A stretch of 64,000 bases of DNA from Octopus bimaculoides. Lineage: Eukaryota. Of the stretch, positions 52,251-63,227 are shown in pieces. The stretch lies in the NCBI RefSeq assembly GCF_001194135.2, contig NC_068986.1:30869068-30933067 (forward strand), read 5' to 3'. The notes beneath the pieces were generated by a model, which saw only the letters and a list, made by a program, of their open reading frames with translations, did no database searches and was not told the origin of the DNA. The stretch's first letter is position 1; every line of letters starts with the position of its first letter. Position numbers and translations under genes: made by a program.

Positions 52251-53059
52251 GTACGTAATATATAGTAATGTCATCAATGAAGTATGATTCTCCTTATTCT
52301 TCATTCAAGAACCAACTTTTGATCTATTTGGCAATTATTATTCTGTATATTGCAATATAGATGTTTAGGTTAATGTAACCCTTTTTTTATACTAATCTAG
52401 TTAGCTTCACAACGTAGTATTAAGTGATATTGCTAAGTGTTTCTAGCAGTTATGACAGTTATATTCTGAAAGTGAACATCTGTGTTATTGTTATTGATTA
52501 ATTTGGACAAGTTACATATAAGAACTTAGACTGGTTTGGTGACAATAGAGGAAATACAGCTGCTGTTAGCTGGGAAATGACTTTTGTTTTAACAACGATA
52601 AATCCACATGAAAATAGAAATAAAGGAAATGTTGTCTGCCAGCTTGGTGTGAAATAGGCCAAGAAAGACTGTCACTCAGAAGATTTATGCTATCACAATA
52701 AACTGAGTGGGATGTGATGCTTTGATGACCACTGTGGCTTAAAAACCCAGACTAATTGACAAGGAGCAAAGTCAGAGATAAATTGCTCATTTATCTATGT
52801 AGAAGCTATAACTTGTCTGAGAGCAGCGCTACACTTGATATTCCTTCTAATGTCAAGGTTATCAATCAAGCTCCATTTCAGGGTCAGGTGTCATTCCCAT
52901 TGCAATCTGTGAAGAAGAAAAAAAAAAAAAATTTTAATAAAAACAGGAGATAATATGCTGTAGATGTTGCTAATTTATTTATTGTTGCTAATTTATTTCT
53001 TCTCTGCTTTATAGTCACAAAGAATTGTCTCACAAGATAAAGTGTCTATATAGTTTTCT

Positions 53060-53155
53060 TGAACAAGTGCAGAGGAAATTGCCTATCTTATGACAGACTC
53101 AAAGGAATTTGCCTTTTGTCTGTTGCTGCCAAAACACTTGCCTGCATTATTGTCT
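53060..53155 (+). mobile_element. Short LINE RT N-terminal remnant
   Basis: GNCLSYDRLKGICLLSVAAKTLACII resembles CxNYRGISLLSVAGKILARII. Confidence 0.5.
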
Positions 53156-53650
53156 CTTCAAACCTAGAGACTGCAATGTGTTTGCTGCAAGACAACTATT
53201 ATACACATAACAAGTATTCCTTTAGTGACTTAAAAGCCTTGCAAATTATTTGGCACAGACAACTGTAAAATTAAGGTTAAGTTTGGTTACTCAGAAAAAT
53301 GCATTGCTTTTGTTATAATTAATGTTATAACAGTATGAGTCGCCAAATGTCTTTGCCCTAAATTTAGTCACTCAGGTTTTTAAAATTCTCGTTACAGTTT
53401 GGATGTTTTCTTTGGTATTATAGCAAGTGTACTTGAGAGAAAAAAAGAACAAAACTGCAAAACCTTAGTGCAAGAACTTGTGTGGATATATTTCTTACTG
53501 CTCCTGATAAAACCAGCAACAAAATGAGTGTTGTAAAAATTGAAGTCACATTCCAGCCTGTTCATAGAAAACAGTCTCAGAAAATCAAAGGACAGAGCTT
53601 GGAAACAGTAGAGACTTCTTTTATTTATCTTGCCTGTATTTTCTCAATAG

Positions 53651-53653
53651 CTT
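53651..53653 (+). CDS. Lasp: Candidate 3-nt microexon (CTT)
   Basis: cttcttttatttatctTGCctgtattttctcaatag|CTT|gtgagt; long pyrimidine tract and consensus donor 3 nt apart. Confidence 0.42.
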
Positions 53654-54462
53654 GTGAGTATTTTTGTTGAGGTCAGCTACTAGATTTCCAAAAGTAACTT
53701 GTAGTCTGTGAGAAGGTGTGGGATTGCTGAGGAATTGGTTATACATCACTGAAATAAAGAGGATTGTGCTGTTGTTCTTACAACCTATCATCTGTCTGCT
53801 GAAAAATGGACTATGCAGAGCAGACATACCAATCAGGACACTCATTTATATATTTCCTGTCTCTGAAAAAACAAAGTTATGTTGCACAACAAGATGACAG
53901 GAACCTTAAGACTAAAGTCATTGTTTTAGAGGTCATCCTACATACTGCTTCATCTTGCTTGAGATTTTATTAGGCTTATCCTTCACATAAGTCGAGTGGT
54001 GTCTGCCAAAACAATTGCTGCACAATGACATGTGCACTGGAAAGAGAATAGGAGAACCAATTCAAAGATGCATTAGCATTAATATTGCTTCTAGGAGGGA
54101 AGGTGGGGAGGGATTCATGGCATTCTCCTCCTGCCAAAAGAAAATGGAATGCATCTAAATTTATCTTAGCTATTTATTTTGATTGTGATATTTCATTACA
54201 AAGGGGCATATAATAGCATCACTTAAAGATAATGCACTGATGATTAAACGTTAATTACTTCTGTTTATTTAATCACTTGCAATTCAGATATGTGTGCATA
54301 TGAATAGAAAGAGATCTTTAAATTAGCCTAATACAGTAATTGACAGTATCATTAATGCCACATTTATTGAAGAATATTTAAAGTATATCTATTTTAACAA
54401 AACGAAATGTGTGCATTAAAGATCATATAGCACTAGCACCAAAATTTTTTAATATGGAATCG

Positions 54463-54464
<2 letters not shown>

Positions 54465-54493
<29 letters not shown>

Positions 54494-54530
54494 ATATATA
54501 TATATATATATATATATAGATATAGATATA
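54465..54530. repeat. (TATC)n + (TA)n microsatellite
   Basis: Direct reading. Confidence 0.9.
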
Positions 54531-54689
54531 GGTGCAGGAGTGGCTGTATGGTAAGAAGCTTGCTTCTCCTCACATGGTTCTGGGTTCAGTCCCACTGTGT
54601 GGAATCTTGGGCAAGTGTCTTCTATTATGACTTCAGGCTGACCAAAGCCTTATGAGTGGATTTGGCAGATGGAAACTGAAAGAAGCCTG

Positions 54690-54742
<53 letters not shown>

Positions 54743-54922
54743 CCCACCATCACTTGACAACCGATGTTGGTGTGTTTACCTACCCGTAACTTAGCAGTCT
54801 GGCAAAAGAGACCAGTAGAATAAGTCCTAGGTTTACAAAGAATAAGTCCTGGGGTCGATTTGTTTGACTAAAGGTGATGCACTATCATGGCTGCAGTCAA
54901 ATGACTGAAACGAGTAAAAGAA
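54531..54922 (+). mobile_element. Full-length SINE family A (tRNA-derived head, internal (GT)n, ends GACTGAAACGAGTAAAAG)
   Basis: Colinear with copy at 61839-62222; candidate member of the octopus OK/OR SINE families (name not verified). Confidence 0.85.
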
Positions 54923-56227
54923 TATAAAAAAAGAGTAAAAGAATTTATATAATAGATCACTTAAAGCTGGAAATATGACAAACAGAACTTCTGGAGTTGT
55001 TGAAGTTCAATTTTTAATCAGAAATGGTCAGTGCAAGAAGTATTTAAGTACTGTACTGGGTGTGTGCCAATCTTGAATGAACTGGCTCTAGTTTTAAGTC
55101 TTGCATCTGCCAATGCCAAAGCAACTTTTTAAAATCTAATTCATATATTCACGGCCTCTGTAATAGAAAAGCTAAAGGAATCACTGTTCTCAATTTGAAA
55201 TTCATGTAGGGTATCTGATATTGTGGAGAGAGACGTGAAACATTTCAGAGTTAAGTATGTTGCCTGTTTCCTCATTGGTTAATATTTTTAGAGTGACTAT
55301 AAATTACATTTTGCAGCAATCTGCATTGAATCAAGGATTTTTTTAATATGAAAAGAAAGAAATCAATAAGAAACCCAAATAAAACCAAGGGCACTTATTA
55401 TTTTATATATATATATCTTAACTTTTTTTTTTAAGGTTTACAATCTTTATGTAACTTTATTTCTGGTGAAATCTACTGTCTTTGTTTTAAGAAAAATTTT
55501 TTAATGAGGAATTTAGTAAAATAGCTGGTTATCTGAAACATAAACAAACAAGGCATTTTGATGGAATAAAAGAAGTTTGCATGATAGAACCAGGTGTGGT
55601 CTCAGGCATGTTGGTATCAAAAGGGTTAATGGTCTTAATCTAAACGTGCATGTAATGTAAGAAGAGACATTTTTCTCAGCCATTTTCTAGTTATTGACTT
55701 GTAAAAAATGGTCTTTTAACCTGAGGCTGAAAATAAATTCTCATAAAACTGCAGTTATAAGTTTCAAGTTAACTTTAACAATGTGTTGCACATTATGATT
55801 TATATAACTTTACTTAAAATGTGTTAAACTATTGAAATAGTCTGTTCAAGTATTCTAGGATTTTAGCATTAATTTTTCTTAGATATAAAATAATTCAGTT
55901 TTTCTGTACCTCAATCATCAAATACCTAATTTAAAAAAAAAAAAATTTTGTTTTAATTTGTTTGTTGTTTTTACTCCCCTCCCCATGCACTCAATCCTCC
56001 TTCACCACAAAACTCACTTGTTTGTTGGTTTATCCTCAGTGTTATATCACAGCAATAAACTTTAATATATTGTTTTTGTTGTTTTTGTTCCACACATTTT
56101 AAAGAATTTTGATTGTGAATCATTAATGAATGAAAAAACTAAAAACTGCTGCTTTAACATCTCTCTACTGAGCAGCTTGAGGTTGGCTTGGCTTGATTTT
56201 TGCTTGATTACTGCATTTCTCTTCCAG

Positions 56228-56341
56228 TTGAGAATGGTTCTTCTCGTCGCATTGGATCAATTGCTGATTATGACCCTATGAATAACCAATATGGCTCCCT
56301 TGTAGCAGACCAGGAGCAGACAGGTAGAGTGTATGATCCAG
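56228..56341 (+). CDS. Lasp: Linker exon (96 or 114 nt, phase 1-1): VENGSSRRIGSIADYDPMNNQYGSLVADQEQT(GRVYDP)
   Basis: catttctcttccag|TTGAG; two in-phase donors, ACAG|gtagag (end 56323) and CCAG|gtacca (end 56341); second DYDP motif. Confidence 0.82.
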
Positions 56342-57127
56342 GTACCAATTGCTGAGCACGGGAACATTTCCAAGTGCTTTTTTCTCAACATCTTTATATA
56401 GATAAACAAGTATTTTGAGCTTCAGCAATCTATTCTGCTTTCTTAGTTTAGAGAGTGAATCTTTTCCTTTGTCTTCAAAATACATCAAATCTGAGAATAT
56501 TTCTGAAGCATTTTAATACCTTTGGAAACAACTTGATTTGAGGATCCATCAAATCTTATTCTATGAAGACTTGGTTTTTTTTTTAGAGAATCAAACCACT
56601 GGCAGCATACTGCATCATGCATCACTAAACAATCTTAGATATGACTACCGTTTCATTTTCATTTGTTTTTTTGGCTTAAAACCACTCTTAATTCTGTTTA
56701 CACCCTTTTTTTTTTTGCTGGCATTTATTGGATTTTAAAAAAATATTTATTAAATTTTTCTTATTTGGTTTGTTTTTATAAATATTTTTTATGCTTCATG
56801 GCTTTCTCCAATTTTCTTTTTGCTCTCCTGGAAACTATAAACATAGGAAGGAAAAAAAAGTCTTGATTTTTGTCTGAGGAATTTAATATCCAACATATTT
56901 CAACATCTTCTCCAACTGTCAGGAGTAAACTCATTAACAATTTTGAGCACAGACAAGTTTTTTAAACTTGTGTGTCCTGAAGCAAATGTCAAATTAACAA
57001 ATACTTCACAAATCTTTAACAGCTTGCTTTAATATGCACCACTTCCTTGCTAACAGTTTAACCTTGGTACTTTACACATAACTAACGAATTCCTGAATAA
57101 ATCTTAACAACTCAACCAATTATGTAA

Positions 57128-57163
<36 letters not shown>

Positions 57164-57369
57164 AGACATCTACAAAGTAATTAGACACCATTTTCGAAAG
57201 ATTTTTTGTTTCCTAGAAACAAAATAATGTTATTTGATGCACTTAAAATACTTAATCTGGTATTTAGTAGACATGCCCATGTGCAGTTTTTATTAATTTA
57301 ACTCACTTGGGCTTTAAACAGTAAGATGGGGGGTGTTTATTGACTTTTGAAATGTCTGTGTATAGCATT

Positions 57370-57545
57370 GTCGTCATCATCATTTAACATCTGCTCTCCA
57401 TGCTGGCATGGGTTAGACGGTTTGACTGGAGCTGATGAGCCGGAGAGCAGCACCAAGTTCCAGTCTTATTTGTCATGGTTTCTTCAGCTGGATGCCCTTC
57501 CTAACACCAACCACTCCAGGAGTGTAATGGGTGCTTTTACATGCC
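57370..57545 (-). mobile_element. RTE-type 3' tail repeat (GGATGCCCTTCCTAA family) ending in (GAT)n
   Basis: CATCATCATTTAACATCTGCTCTCCATGCTGGCATGGGTT...GGATGCCCTTCCTAACACCAACCAC; related pieces at 16720, 34190, 38575, 57783 and 59625. Confidence 0.7.
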
Positions 57546-59176
57546 ATTTTTTAAATGACACTGGCAACGACCACGACTATGATTCATGAGTGGGTGCTGT
57601 TTACATGGCACTGGCAGCAACTCCAACCATTCATGGGTGCCATTTGCATGGTATTGGCCATGGTGATTCACAGGTGCCAATATACATGGCACCATTGATG
57701 ACCATGTCTGTGATGCACAGGTCTCATTTACATGGCACCAGCAGTGAACGACCAGGACTACAATGCATAGGTATCATGTGCGTCATTATTATCATTTTTA
57801 TGGCCACTTTCCATGCCAGCATGGGTTGGAAGTGTCCTTATGATCCAAGTCATTTCTTACTAGAAGCTGCAGCTCTCAGAATTGGTGTGGCACCATGTTG
57901 TATGGCCTGGTTTCTATAACTGGATATTCCCTTTTTATTGCCATCCCTTTTACAGACTGTTCTAGATGTTTTCTTTTCCTTGTGGTTTCAACTTTGGAAA
58001 AGTTGAATAAAAGGGACCTCAGGGACCCCATGCATTCTCTACTCATTTGCCATCTACTTTACAGTGTGTACTGGGTGAATTTTTGTTTTTGTATTGCTAG
58101 CATTCGAGAGATTGTCTCACTCACCTGTGAAGGAGCATGATTTATTAGCTTTGTGGCACCGGTACAGGAAGGATGCCGAGTCCTCAGTGAGCTAAGACAT
58201 GTTGACCAAGGAGGAGAAATAGAAGGTGGGGTACAGTGTCAGAAGTGGTTGAGAGGAGCAAATGGCTGACAGTACTTGGTAACATAGGACACGTTCATCT
58301 ACTCAGGTGACCAAAGCAGGAGCTAAAAGAGAACACACATTTGTACATGTGTGTGTGTGTTGTATATTTATGTACAATATCCATGCTGGCGTGAGTTGGG
58401 TAGTGTGACAGGATGTGAAAGGTTAAAGGCTCATACCTTGCTCCATTACCTCAGTTTCCATCTGGATTCTGCTGCTGGATGCTCTTATACTGAGTGCATC
58501 ATAGAGATTATTTTTCCCCCACTGATCTCTACATGGTTTCTGATTGATTCACCAACCACTTTACAGAGTATATTGCTTACTCTGGTTACTCCCCACCTCC
58601 TGTGGTACGAGCATTAGTAAGGTTGCTTTATAGCTCTCAAGATTAAAGGGCCTCTGTGACAAATAGGAAGGGAGAATAGAAGAGAGAGTGAGATGACTAT
58701 AGGTGAGGTATTGAGAGAAGTGGCATTCCTTTGATGAAAGTAGAAAAAGGGTCAAAATTAACATCTGATTAATATCTATTTGTTCAGCAATTTCCATAAA
58801 GGTTTTTTTATTTATTTGCTTTTGTTTTCATATCCTGTTGAAGTTAACATTTGCGTTTCAAGTCTGAAAGTGAGCTGAAAAGTGAAAAACATGCTTGCAC
58901 TTGAGTGCACACATACACACAAACATACACCCATTGACTTTCATGTCTTTAAGTTGAATAGTGAAACACACACACAAAGCTGAACATGCTCTCACACACA
59001 CACACGCTCACACAAGAACACACACATACGTATGTCCATTTTCTTTGATATACACAGATTTATACATACACAAATCTACACACAGATACAAACAAAAAAT
59101 ATGCATATGTATTTATGCATATATGAAAGATAATGGATGTATGTGTGTGTATTTTTGTGCAAGTGTTCAGCTTTAT

Positions 59177-59209
<33 letters not shown>

Positions 59210-59494
59210 TGAGTGAAGGTGTGTGCGCAATGTGTTTCGCTATTTAACTTATTGACATAAAAGTCAATGAGCACGTGTGTGTATTTGTATATGCGTACGA
59301 GCACACATGAGTGTGTATTTCACTTTTCAGCTCTTTTTCAGACGGGGCAAATGTTGGCTTTAACAGGACATAAAAACAAAAGTAAATAGATAAAAATTCT
59401 TTACAGAAATTGCTGAACAAATAGGCCTTAATCAGCTGTTAATTTTCACACTCTTGCTACTGTCATCGAAAGAATGCCAGAGGAGTTATGAAAG

Positions 59495-59830
59495 TGTGTG
59501 GCCTAGTGGTTAAAGTGTTGCACTCACAACCTAGTTATCGTGGGTTTGATTCTCAAACTGGCCAGCATGTAGTGTTCTTGAGCAAAATGCTTCATTTCAC
59601 ATTCCTCCAGTCCACTCAGTTCATCATCATCGTTTAACGTCTGCTTTCCATGCTAGCATGGGTTGGACGATTTGACTGAGGACTGGTGAACCAGATGGCT
59701 GCACCAGGCTCCAATCTGATTTGGCAGAGTTGTAAATGTATAACCCTGTGATGGACTAACCTTCTGTTCAGGGTGAATGTTGGCCTGTTCACCTAGCTAA
59801 TGGGGTAGTATCATATGAAGGCTAAAACAA
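59495..59830 (+). mobile_element. Decayed SINE (family-B-like head) interrupted by an inverted RTE-type tail
   Basis: GTGGCCTAGTGGTTA...GGGTTTGATTCTC...GTGTTCTTGAGCAAAATGCTTCATTTCAC, insert 59622-59720, resumes GTAAATG...AACCCTGTGATGGAC. Confidence 0.6.
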
Positions 59831-60179
59831 TGCAAAGTGTATTGTGACTAGTGAGGTATAACATCTGTTCAGTGACATGATAAAAAGAGGTTGCACTATG
59901 AAAGGGATTAACAGATTTAGTATTGTGAAAGTGTGGTAATGGAGGGTTGCAGAAGAAATCGTGTTGGGAAGATTAATGGAAAGGGCAAAGGAAAAAGTAG
60001 TGTAAAGGACTTGGGAGAAAATAAGGACAGAGTGGTAAGGATGATGAGGTGTGTTGAATGGGGGGTAGGAGTATTGAGTGGTCTGTCACCTTGTAAGAGT
60101 GAACATTGCAGTTGGGATGGATGGAGAGGTGCGTGAGATAGTTGAATGTGATAGGAAGCCAGAGAACCTGTGGAAAAGG

Positions 60180-60312
60180 GGTCAGTGAAAGAGATGCATT
60201 GGTTGACCTGAGGCTGTAGTAGAAGACATTTGCTTGAGGTGACATGCTGTAGGGCTGAACCTGAAGCCACCTGGTTACAAAGTGAGCTTCTTAACTACAC
60301 CATCATAGCTGT
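60180..60312 (-). mobile_element. Decayed SINE family A head
   Basis: Reverse complement of GTTGACCTGAGGCTGTAGTAGAAGAC...GGGCTGAACC matches the family A 5' part. Confidence 0.6.
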
Positions 60313-61360
60313 GCCTTATTTTAATTGCTCAAATGTGTGTGTGTGTGTAAAACTTTTTTTTTTTCCTTCTGGCAATTTCTAAAGCTCTCATCCACTGGTC
60401 ATAGATTTTTTTAAAATTTTTTTTACCAAACATTTTCTTTTCTTTCTATGCAACTTTTTCTTCTTTTTTTAATTTCAATGTTTAAGAAAGTTTCTTCTTT
60501 TTAGTTGTGTATCCCCGATGTAGCAACAGACATTGAATGAATTACATTGACATTGTTTTAAAATTAATATTTGAAAAATAGAGTCTGATCAACATTGAAA
60601 CAAAGGAAATGGTACCAAAACATGTTTTCATTGTCACCAGTTTATTATGGAAGACCATTTACAAAAAAACAAAAAAGAGTTACCTCCCTTACATTTATTG
60701 ACCTATTTCATTTCATTAATAATTATTTTCAAACTACGTTCAAGACTAAGAGCATAATTTAAATAAAATATCTAGCATATTTCCGATAGGAAACACTCTG
60801 GAAAATGAATACTACTTCATAATCTAGTTCTTTTGATAATTATTATTTTTTTTCTTTTTAATTTTACCAACTAACTATTATTACCAGCCAGCATGTACTG
60901 CTCTCTCTGCAGTAGAATTTTCTTTGTGTTTGTCTTGTACATTTTTGTCAATAGAGGTATGTTGTTGTTGTTGTTGTTGTTGTTATTGTTGCTATTATTT
61001 TCTTCTCTCTCTCCTCCTTGTTACATTTGATGTTTATTTATGTTGTTATCAAGAAAGAAAAAAAAATGTATTCCTTTTTCCAGAACATACAGAGGGAAAC
61101 AACACAACTGTGGCTTTCTCAATTTCAGGAAAAACAAAACATCAAAACAAAAACTGCATCACTTCATTGTTTTATGTAGTCTGTTTTTTTCTTTTATACT
61201 TTTTACTGTTTTATTAGTTCTCCTTTTCTGTTTTCTACACTCTGATAACTACATAGCTATCACTGAAATATTCCAGAATTGAAGTTTTACTCTTATTAAA
61301 ACATTTTCTTTAATGTATGCTCAATTTTAACTGTTTTCCTCCTTGTTTTTCAATTTTTAG

Positions 61361-61398
61361 CTCCTGCACACCCACAGAATCCGTATGCTGGAAAAGGG
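61361..61398 (+). CDS. Lasp: Pre-SH3 linker exon (38 nt, phase 1-0): APAHPQNPYAGKG
   Basis: ttcctccttgtttttcaatttttag|CTCCTG...AAAGGG|gtaagt; ends in AGKG, resembling the residues just before Lasp/nebulin SH3 domains (recalled). Confidence 0.75.
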
Positions 61399-61744
61399 GT
61401 AAGTGTTGAATTTGTAATATCTTGTAAGGCTATCTTAACGAAACATACTGACTCTTGTTGACGTCAACATGTTTGCATTCTGTTTTCTCATGTTTATATA
61501 TAAAAAGGTCTCAAAGCACCTTCTCTCTTCTTGTGGATGTTTTTATTCAAACATCCTTGACGAGAGAAGGTGCTTTGCACTATGGTAACATATATTGGCT
61601 TTATCTTTTTTTTTTGTTTGTTAGAGTGGAGAGCATGGTTTTTACTTCTAGTTCTCTAAACCCCAACCACTTTTCAGTGTAGGCTGGGTGCATTTAATCA
61701 TCCCACTGACAGTAGAGAAGTTGTTTCTGAAAAGGACCACAGAG

Positions 61745-62359
61745 CAGTGGTTTCTCAACCAGGGTCCACATAAGATTTTGTTAAAATTTATGTGCAATAA
61801 AGTTAGTTACACTTCCACAACACAAAATATTTCTCCCTCAGGAGTGGCTGTGTGGTAAGTAGCTTGCTTACCAACCACATGGTGCCAGGTTCAGTCCCAC
61901 TGCGTGGCACCTTGGGCAAGTGCCTTCTACTATAGACTCGGGCCGACCAAAGCCTTGTGAGTGGATTTGGTAGACGGAAACTGAAAGAAGCCAGTCGTAT
62001 ATATGTGTGTATATATAATATGTTTGTGTGTCTGTTTGTCCCCCAACTTCGCTTGACAACCGATGCTGGTGTGTTTACGTCCCCCTAACTTAGCCGTTCG
62101 GCAGAAATAGACCAATAGGATAAGTACTAGGCTTGCAAAGAATAAGTCCTGGGGTCGATTTTCTCGACCAAAGGTGGTGCTCCAGCATAGCCGCAGTCAA
62201 ATGACTGAAACAAGTAAAAGAATATATAATTCTTAATAATATTTAATTATAAAGATATAATAAAAGATTTTTTAAACCTGGAATGGTTATGAATGTCCAC
62301 CTGGGTAAAGTAGGAATCAAAGGAGCCTACAGGTAAAAAAAAATGGTTGAGAATCACTG
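61745..62359. mobile_element. hAT-type MITE with nested SINE
   Basis: CAGTGGTTTCTCAACCA...TGGTTGAGAATCACTG inverted termini; degraded 8-bp flanks CCACAGAG / CTATAGAT. Confidence 0.7.
61839..62222 (+). mobile_element. Full-length SINE family A
   Basis: CAGGAGTGGCTGTGTGGTAAG...GGTTCAGTCCCACTGCG...GACTGAAACAAGTAAAAG; CpG-rich, inserted inside the hAT MITE. Confidence 0.88.
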
Positions 62360-62713
62360 CTATAGATTTTCCTTTATCTGTATCAGTTCTTATTTGGATT
62401 TACTGCTCTCTTCATTGAGTTGTCTCTGCAATGCAGTGTATGGAGATCACATCCGTCATTCTTTTTACTACTGTTAAAAGTTGGACCAGGTGTCTTGTGG
62501 TATATGTGGTATCCTGCCTGGGCATAACTTGGATGATAGACTTAATCCATTGCCCAGCCATTTAATATCACCACATGGTTACTTTGGATGCTTTTGGTGG
62601 AGTTGACTCTGTTGCAAGCATTCAGAATAGGATGTCTTTCCCACCTCTATCTCCCACCAATCTGGCAAACTTAGTATAGGGTTATGGGTACTGCATTCCA
62701 TCCTGACAAAAAG

Positions 62714-62753
<40 letters not shown>

Positions 62754-62947
62754 CTAAAGGGTTAATAGTTTTAAAGCTATTTAATGCTTTAGAATTTAAA
62801 AGGTAGACAAGATCTGTAACATAAAAAAGAAAGTGTTTGTGTGTGTGGCTGGTTTAAACTAAGAGACAGCCATTATCAAAATGGCCAGTATTGATATGAA
62901 GCTGAAGTAAAATGTTTTGTTTTTTTTTTCTTTGATACCTTATGTTT

Positions 62948-63227
62948 NNNNNNNNNNNNNNNNNNNNNNNNNNNNNNNNNNNNNNNNNNNNNNNNNNNNN
63001 NNNNNNNNNNNNNNNNNNNNNNNNNNNNNNNNNNNNNNNNNNNNNNNNNNNNNNNNNNNNNNNNNNNNNNNNNNNNNNNNNNNNNNNNNNNNNNNNNNNN
63101 NNNNNNNNNNNNNNNNNNNNNNNNNNNNNNNNNNNNNNNNNNNNNNNNNNNNNNNNNNNNNNNNNNNNNNNNNNNNNNNNNNNNNNNNNNNNNNNNNNNN
63201 NNNNNNNNNNNNNNNNNNNNNNNNNNN
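62948..63227. other. Assembly gap (N run)
   Basis: 280 N; smaller gaps at 2013-2026, 22109-22118 and 44497-44506. Confidence 0.98.

Larger units (their letters stand above)
3488..61398 (+). other. Lasp: Partial gene span: LIM and SH3 protein (Lasp)/nebulin-family gene with expanded nebulin repeats; LIM and SH3 exons lie outside the window
   Basis: Chain of AG/GT-bounded exons that join in frame: 8 nebulin-repeat exons (phase 0), then phase-1 linker exons, then a phase 1-to-0 exon. The repeat consensus (V/I)xYHxDFEKxKGxxTxVADxxExxRxxxNxKNxS matches the nebulin repeat of Lasp proteins. Confidence 0.88.

Noticed and set aside
58844-58869. 26-nt phase 1-to-0 candidate exon as an alternative to 61361
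   Set aside because: Acceptor GAAG is poor and the peptide (VNICVSSLK) resembles nothing in the family.
59917-60270. 117-aa and 90-aa minus-strand ORFs
   Set aside because: They overlap a SINE head and a purine-rich decayed retroelement segment; no recognisable domain.
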